Of a stretch of DNA of 35,293 bases, positions 29,396-35,293 are shown one piece after another. Each line of letters starts with the position of its first letter. Within the stretch, counting starts at the first letter, position 1. The notes under the pieces were generated by a model, which saw only the letters and a program-made list of their open reading frames with translations, did not search any database and was not told the origin of the DNA. The position numbers were made by a program, and so were the translations under genes. Origin of the DNA: a virus. Taxonomy: Duplodnaviria > Caudoviricetes. The stretch covers positions 1 to 35,293 of the IMG/VR virus record IMGVR_UViG_3300020468_000029. One strand, 5' to 3'.

Positions 29396-30826
29396 ATGGC
29401 ACTAAATCCCTTTTTTCTACAAGGATCACAAAGTGAGCAGAGACTTGTTCAAGAGTTAATCAATGAACAGTTAAAAATTTATGGCGTAGATGTAATATAT
29501 TTACCTCGTAAAATAATAAAAAAAGATGCAATACTAACTGAGATTCAATCATCAACATTTAATGATACTTTTTCAATTGAAGCTTACGTTAATACCTTTG
29601 ATGGATACGGAGGTGCTGGTGATGTAATGACAAAATTTGGAATGAGTTTAAAGGATGAATTAACAGTTACTATATCAAAAGAAAGATTTGAAGATTTTAT
29701 AGCTCCATTTTTAGGTTCATTACCGGCTGATGAAATAGAAGTATCAACTAGGCCAAGAGAAGGTGATTTAATTTATTTTCCACTAGGACAAAGAATTTTT
29801 GAAATAAAGTTTGTAGAACATGAAGAACCATTTTATCAACTAGGTAAAAATTATGTCTATCAGTTAAAATGTGAACTATTCGAGTTGGAAGATGAAATGG
29901 GTGGTTGGAATCAACTTAATACTACTACACAATCTATTGATACGCAATTAGTTAATCAAGGATATATTACATCACTACAATTAATATCCATTGGATCTAC
30001 TGCAACTTTAGGAGTAACCACTACTTCAGGATATGTACGTAAAATAATTCTAAATGATGATGGATCTGGATATACAAGAACACCAAATGTTTCAATATCC
30101 ACTGCACCAGTTGGTGGAATAGATGCAACAGCTGTTGCTATAACAACTAGTGTTAATAATGTATTTTCAGTTAAACAAATACTATTAACAAATCCTGGTG
30201 CAGGATATACAGTTACACCAACAGTTACTATCGTTAGTGCTGCATCAACTGTTATAGGAGTTGGTTCAACCACATATGGAGTGGGTGCTGCTGCCACTGC
30301 ATACTTAGTTACAAATTCTGCAGGTATTGGAACTGTAAGTATAGCATCAAGTGGTAGTGGATATGCAATTGATCCTACTCTCACATTTACCACTCCATCA
30401 TCTGGTGTCGGTACGGCATCTGGTGTTGCCAAAGTAAATGCTGCTGGTTTTGTAACCTCTATTCTAATTTCAGACGCAGGAATCGGATATACGAGTGGTA
30501 CAGGTGTCGCAACAGTAACTCCACCACCTGTAATCACTGGAATAGGAACTTATAAATTTAATGAACTCGTTACAGGAACTATATCTGGTGCTCAAGGTAG
30601 AGTTAAATCATGGGATTCTGTACAAAATGTGTTAAAATTGGGTGTTACTGACAAAACATTTAAATCTGGAGACGTGGCAGTCGGTAGCACTTCAGGAGCT
30701 AGATTTACAGTTGATTTTGTAGAATCAGCTGAATTTGTAGATAAATATGATAAAAGTGATGAAATCGAAACAGAAGCAGATGATATCATTGACTTTTCAG
30801 AAGGCAATCCATTTGGTACATTTTAA
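29396..30826 (+). CDS. gp14: Neck protein gp14 with inserted repeat domains
   Basis: EQRLVQELINEQLKIYG.DV.YLPR, RPREGDLIYFPL, FEIKFVEHEEPFYQLGK and C-terminal IIDFSEGNPFG. Confidence 0.93.
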   Translation: MALNPFFLQGSQSEQRLVQELINEQLKIYGVDVIYLPRKIIKKDAILTEIQSSTFNDTFSIEAYVNTFDGYGGAGDVMTKFGMSLKDELTVTISKERFEDFIAPFLGSLPADEIEVSTRPREGDLIYFPLGQRIFEIKFVEHEEPFYQLGKNYVYQLKCELFELEDEMGGWNQLNTTTQSIDTQLVNQGYITSLQLISIGSTATLGVTTTSGYVRKIILNDDGSGYTRTPNVSISTAPVGGIDATAVAITTSVNNVFSVKQILLTNPGAGYTVTPTVTIVSAASTVIGVGSTTYGVGAAATAYLVTNSAGIGTVSIASSGSGYAIDPTLTFTTPSSGVGTASGVAKVNAAGFVTSILISDAGIGYTSGTGVATVTPPPVITGIGTYKFNELVTGTISGAQGRVKSWDSVQNVLKLGVTDKTFKSGDVAVGSTSGARFTVDFVESAEFVDKYDKSDEIETEADDIIDFSEGNPFGTF

Positions 30827-31623
30827 TGTTAGGAACGTATTACTACCACGAAATTATTAGAAAAACTATTGTTTCATTTGGAACATTATTTAACTCTATT
30901 AATATTAGACATGATGATAGTGCTGGAAATACATACAGTGAGATAAAAGTTCCACTAGCATATGGACCATCACAAAAATTTCTTGCAAGATTAGAGCAAC
31001 AAGCAGATTTAAATAAACCAGTTCAAATTACATTACCTAGAATGTCATTTGAAATGAATAATGTTTCTTATGATTCAACAAGAAAAGTTGGTGTCACTCA
31101 AACATTTAAAGCTTCGGATGGAACAAATTTAAAAAAAGTTTTTATGCCTGTTCCTTACAATATAGGATTTGAATTAAATATTTTAACAAAATTGAATGAT
31201 GATGCTTTACAAATTGTTGAGCAAATCTTACCTTATTTTCAACCATCATTTAATCTTACAGTAGATTTGGTAAAAGAAATAGGAGAAAAAAGAGATATAC
31301 CAATAGTTTTAGACTCAATTAATTTTCAAGATGATTATGAAGGTGATTTTTCAACTCGTAGAGCATTAATATATACTTTGAGTTTTACTGCAAAAACTTA
31401 TCTATTCGGACCTGTTGCTAATACTACTGATGGATTAATCAAAAAAGTTCAAGTTGATTATAGTACAAACACTGATGTTAAAAATGCAAAACGTGAAGTT
31501 AGATATACTGTTACACCAAAACCTGCTGATGCTGGTCCTGATGACGATTTTGGATTTAGTGAAACCACTGCATTCTTTAGTGATTCTAAATCATACAGTC
31601 CAACTCAACAAAAAGATATATAA
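30826..31623 (+). CDS. gp15: Tail sheath stabiliser / tail terminator gp15
   Basis: YYYHEIIRKTIVSFGTLFN, KVPLAYGPSQKFLARL, LPRMSFE and DALQIVEQILPYFQP. Confidence 0.95.
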   Translation: MLGTYYYHEIIRKTIVSFGTLFNSINIRHDDSAGNTYSEIKVPLAYGPSQKFLARLEQQADLNKPVQITLPRMSFEMNNVSYDSTRKVGVTQTFKASDGTNLKKVFMPVPYNIGFELNILTKLNDDALQIVEQILPYFQPSFNLTVDLVKEIGEKRDIPIVLDSINFQDDYEGDFSTRRALIYTLSFTAKTYLFGPVANTTDGLIKKVQVDYSTNTDVKNAKREVRYTVTPKPADAGPDDDFGFSETTAFFSDSKSYSPTQQKDI

Positions 31624-31629
31624 TGAACC

Positions 31630-32076
31630 ATGAAGGACTCATTCGACTCATTAAATGACACGTTTAACACAGAATCTATTGAAGTAGAGGCTATTACTGC
31701 TCCTGAGGAAAAATCTATATCTAAAGATGCGATAACTAAGGTTAACGATGTTGAAAAGGATTATAATTACACTAGAGGTCAGTTATATTCTTTAATAGAA
31801 AAGGGGCAAGAGGCAATTAATGGTATAATGGAACTAGCTGGTGAAAGTGCAAGTCCAAGAGCTTATGAAGTTGCAGGACAATTAATAAAATCTGTTGCAG
31901 ATAGCACAGATAAATTAATGGATTTGCAGAAAAAACTCAAAGAGGTTGAAGAAGACAATCAAAAAACAGCAAATACCGTGACTAATAATTCATTATTTGT
32001 AGGATCAACTGCTGAACTTTCAAAACTCCTCAAAAATGGTCTTCTAAATAATAATACTACTAATGATAAATCTTAA
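31630..32076 (+). CDS. gp16: Terminase small subunit gp16
   Basis: DYNYTRGQLYSLIEKGQEAI, SPRAYEVAGQLIK and LFVGSTAEL; follows gp15. Confidence 0.93.
   Translation: MKDSFDSLNDTFNTESIEVEAITAPEEKSISKDAITKVNDVEKDYNYTRGQLYSLIEKGQEAINGIMELAGESASPRAYEVAGQLIKSVADSTDKLMDLQKKLKEVEEDNQKTANTVTNNSLFVGSTAELSKLLKNGLLNNNTTNDKS
32044..32050 (+). promoter_or_regulatory. Putative late promoter variant (CTAAATA)
   Basis: TAAATA core in the last codons of gp16, 29 nt before the ATG at 32080. Confidence 0.5.
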
Positions 32077-32079
32077 ATA

Positions 32080-35000
32080 ATGGGTCTTAAGAAACCTTCA
32101 GATTACTTCAAGAGAGAAAGTAATAATATTAAAAATATGGTGGGTAATCCTGATCTGAATTCTTATTCGGAGTCATTTAACACCTTTAAGGAAAATCTGT
32201 CTAAATTTGAAAAAATAACAGAAACTATTGAGGTAGTTAATGATTTAAAAAAAGAATTGCAAAATTTTCTTAAGAAAGAAGATTTAGATAATGCAATGCT
32301 TTCTTATGTCTTTTTGTTAGAAGAAAGTATTGAAAATTTACAAAGCAATGTTAAAAGTATAAATTCTAATACACTAGATGAAATAAGATCAAAAGTTTCA
32401 AATGTAACTGAGATTGTAAATGAGTTTGTAGAAGTTGATATTCCAAAATATAAAAAAAATATTGTTGACGTTGAGGTTAAAACAGACCAAAAATTTGATG
32501 AATTTAAAGAAGAGTTTAATAATATCATTAATGAATTATCTGATGATGTTGATAAAAAACAATTTGAAATATCAAACAATTCAGAAAAGAATTTAAATGA
32601 AGCTGTAAGTAATTTAGAAAATCATATAAAAAATATTGATGATGATAGTAAAAATATATCAAATACACTTAAAGTAAAAGTAAATGAAATACAAAAATTA
32701 AAGAAAAAAGTTATTGAAGAATTAAAAGTAAATAAAAATTTACAGAAGGATTTGAATGAAAAGGTAACTAATTTAGAAATTGAATTAGTTAGAGGAGAAA
32801 ATAATCTAAAAGAACAAAATGAATATTTTTTAGAAATTGAAAATAATATTAAAAATACAATTAAAAAATTAAATGTTCCAGAACTTGAAAAAGAAAATTT
32901 TGTACTCTCAACTAAGATAAAACATCTTGAAGAAGTATATGAAAAATTAAAGGAAGAAAGTAAAATAAATGAAACTTTAATTGAAGAAACACTACCGTCT
33001 ACAAAAACATCTGATCCATTAACACCTTTAGATCAGAACTATGTTACATTAGATCAACTTCAACAACATTATAGATTATTTTTAGGCCGTATACAAACTC
33101 AATTATCCACATTAGGTGGTGGTGGAGAAACGAGGTTACAATATCTTGACGATATTGTTGGTGTTGCCACAAATTTAAGTGAATATGATGGTAAATTTCT
33201 TAAGGTAGATACATCACAACCAGCTGGTAAGAATTTTGTTTTTGAAACTGTTTCTGGTGGAGGTGGAGGCAGTGTTGTTGGTATAAGCACAACAGGAGGT
33301 TCATTCTTTAATCAATTAAATGTATCTGGAGTATCTACATTTTCTAATGACATTAATGTAACTGGAATATCTTCTTTCAAGAATATAATCAATTCGGGAA
33401 TAACATCAGTTGGAATTATCACTGCGTTACCTGGCGCACCTGCAGTGGAATATTATGGTGATGGTAGTAATCTTCAGAATATTAATGCATCTAATGTTAA
33501 CAATGGCAGTTTACCCGAAGGAGTTCTTCCTGCCAGTTTGACTTCGTTAAATGTAACTGGTATAGGTACTATCACAACATTAAGTGCAACAACTGTTTCA
33601 ATTGCTGGCACACTTACGTATGAGGATGTAACAAATATAGACTCGGTAGGATTAATAACAGCAAGAAATGGTGTCCATATTGTAGGTGGTGGATTAACTG
33701 TAACAGGTATTTCTACATTCTCCGCTAATTCTAATGCAATTAATGTTAATAGTGATACTTCAAATGCTGCTATAAACATTCAATTAGGTGGAACCACAAA
33801 AGGATCACTTATACCTGAGAGTGATGGATTAGAAATAGGAGTGAACGCAGGTGATAACATATTCATGCACCTCAATCAAAATGGAAGTAACACTAGTGAT
33901 TTCATAGTAAAGAGTAGTGGAAGTCAACTTTTTAAAATTGATAGTGGCACTACAGAATCCACATTTAGTAGTGATGTTAATGTTGGTGCTGCCATCACAA
34001 TGTATCAGGCAACTGGTATAATTAGTGCAACTAAGTTCTATGGTGATGGTTCTAATCTAACTGGTATCTCTGCTGGTGGATTCTCACAAGACGATCAAGG
34101 AAACTTAGTTGCAGGAACAAATGCTGGAGCAGCTAAAGATGCTGATACCTGTTTCAACATTATGATTGGTTGTAATGCAGGTCTAGCATTATGCGGAGGA
34201 TATGGTCATAGCATTTTAATGGGATGCCACACTGGTAAGTCTATAACCACCGGTGCTTATAACTTCTTATTTGGTCAGAGATCAGGGTGCCTGATGACCA
34301 CTGCAAGTTACAATATTACGCTTGGTAATAATAATGGTACTACCATGACAACTGGTTGTCACAATATTTTCTTTGGTAATTCTATTGCTTCTGGTGGCAC
34401 TGGGGAACACTGTAATAATATTATTATGGGTCAAGAAGCTGCTTATAATTTAGATACTGGTGATGATAATATAGTAATCGGAAAACAAGCAGGATGCGAT
34501 ATAAGTTCTGGTGATAATAATATCTATCTTGGTCAAAAAGCAGGTACTAATTCAACCACTGGATCTGATAATATTGCCATAGGAAATGTTGCGATGGGAT
34601 ACGGAACAGTAACTGGATCTAGGAATATTGCAATAGGATGTTGTGCAGGACAATCAATTACATCTGGTGATCGTAATATTTTCATTGGTGACTATGCAGG
34701 GAACCGTACAACAGGTGGCAGTCATAACACTATTCTTGGTTCGATGGCAGGATGTCAAATTGGTAAATTTGGGTATACTGGTCAAGGAAATACGTTAATT
34801 GGTAAGGGCACTGGTAGAAGTATGGGTGCTTCAGCACATGTGAAGGGTCATACCTTTGTTGGATGTTATGCAGGAAAATGTGTGACCGCAGGTTGTTATA
34901 ATATCATGTTTGGTGTTTTTGCTGGTAGTTATACTGGAAACATCACTGGAAGTAACAACGTAGCGATTGGAAGGAATGTATGTCTTCCATCTTTGACAGC

Positions 35001-35293
35001 TAGTGATCAACTTGTAGTTGGTAGTGGATCTACTAATTGGATTACTGGTAACTCCGACTTTAACGTTGGTATCGGAACTACAAATCCAAATGCTGCAGTA
35101 ACTTCAGGAAATACTAAGAAGTTATCAGTTGGTATTCTATCTGCCTATCAACTTTATGGTGATGGTTCCAACTTAACTGGTATCAGTGCTGGTGGATTCA
35201 GTGCTGATGCTGACGTAAACTTATTCGCATCTAATACTTGTTCTGGATGTAATCTTGATGGGTCTTCTGGTTGTTATAACGTATTCTTTGGTG
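32080..35293 (+). CDS. Large chimeric fibre/adhesin-like protein (partial, >1071 aa; not in ORF track)
   Basis: ATG at 32080 (MGLKKPSDYF...). I read every codon to the window end and found no stop. Order: K/E/N-rich coiled coil, then DPLTPLDQNYVTLDQLQQHYRLFLGRIQTQLSTLGGGGETRL, then GIST-type fibre repeats, then YadA-like N-x-x-(I/L/M/F)-G repeats. Confidence 0.88.
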   Translation, partial: MGLKKPSDYFKRESNNIKNMVGNPDLNSYSESFNTFKENLSKFEKITETIEVVNDLKKELQNFLKKEDLDNAMLSYVFLLEESIENLQSNVKSINSNTLDEIRSKVSNVTEIVNEFVEVDIPKYKKNIVDVEVKTDQKFDEFKEEFNNIINELSDDVDKKQFEISNNSEKNLNEAVSNLENHIKNIDDDSKNISNTLKVKVNEIQKLKKKVIEELKVNKNLQKDLNEKVTNLEIELVRGENNLKEQNEYFLEIENNIKNTIKKLNVPELEKENFVLSTKIKHLEEVYEKLKEESKINETLIEETLPSTKTSDPLTPLDQNYVTLDQLQQHYRLFLGRIQTQLSTLGGGGETRLQYLDDIVGVATNLSEYDGKFLKVDTSQPAGKNFVFETVSGGGGGSVVGISTTGGSFFNQLNVSGVSTFSNDINVTGISSFKNIINSGITSVGIITALPGAPAVEYYGDGSNLQNINASNVNNGSLPEGVLPASLTSLNVTGIGTITTLSATTVSIAGTLTYEDVTNIDSVGLITARNGVHIVGGGLTVTGISTFSANSNAINVNSDTSNAAINIQLGGTTKGSLIPESDGLEIGVNAGDNIFMHLNQNGSNTSDFIVKSSGSQLFKIDSGTTESTFSSDVNVGAAITMYQATGIISATKFYGDGSNLTGISAGGFSQDDQGNLVAGTNAGAAKDADTCFNIMIGCNAGLALCGGYGHSILMGCHTGKSITTGAYNFLFGQRSGCLMTTASYNITLGNNNGTTMTTGCHNIFFGNSIASGGTGEHCNNIIMGQEAAYNLDTGDDNIVIGKQAGCDISSGDNNIYLGQKAGTNSTTGSDNIAIGNVAMGYGTVTGSRNIAIGCCAGQSITSGDRNIFIGDYAGNRTTGGSHNTILGSMAGCQIGKFGYTGQGNTLIGKGTGRSMGASAHVKGHTFVGCYAGKCVTAGCYNIMFGVFAGSYTGNITGSNNVAIGRNVCLPSLTASDQLVVGSGSTNWITGNSDFNVGIGTTNPNAAVTSGNTKKLSVGILSAYQLYGDGSNLTGISAGGFSADADVNLFASNTCSGCNLDGSSGCYNVFFG
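34039..35202 (+). repeat. Direct repeat encoding YGDGSNLTGISAGGFS, bounding a 372-aa module
   Basis: 34039-34086 and 35155-35202 encode an identical 16-aa peptide with only synonymous differences; spacing is 1116 nt. Confidence 0.85.

Noticed and set aside
29956-30537. 193-aa minus-strand ORF opposite the gp14 insertion
   Set aside because: Longest antisense ORF, but it mirrors the Gly/Thr/Ala-rich repeats, which rarely generate antisense stops.
34039-35202. Diversity-generating retroelement TR/VR pair or CRISPR-like repeats
   Set aside because: Only two 48-nt in-frame copies with synonymous, non-adenine-specific differences; no reverse transcriptase, cas gene or spacer array in the window.
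32077-35293. Apparent 3.2-kb region with no + strand gene in the ORF track, plus three short minus ORFs
   Set aside because: Artefact: a single + strand ORF from 32080 has no stop inside the window, so the caller omitted it.

Overview
This window is a segment of a low-GC T4-like marine cyanomyophage genome, most resembling Prochlorococcus myophages of the P-SSM2 type (recognised from protein sequences and gene order, not from a database search). All credible genes are on the + strand. Left to right it holds: two early-type hypothetical genes with TATAAT boxes; a structured intergenic element; an AbrB-like mini-gene; a GT-A glycosyltransferase-like gene; three small ORFs; a conserved hypothetical gene; and speD. 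The late structural block follows: gp25, gp6, a 4182-aa gp7, gp8, a 2517-aa VrlC/DUF4815-like virion protein, three small genes, gp13, gp14, gp15 and gp16. A fibre-like gene of more than 1071 aa starts right after gp16 and runs off the window edge. The supplied ORF track missed five ORFs that I translated by hand: 885-1058, 1956-2123, 2126-2269, 2266-2418 and 32080->35293. I saw no tRNA, rRNA, CRISPR array, intron or mobile element. I cannot demonstrate a wholly new system. The best leads are the chimeric coiled-coil/fibre/Cys-rich beta-roll gene after gp16, the structured element at 725-884 with its AbrB-like neighbour, a split YHYH-like domain in gp7, and the orphan speD.
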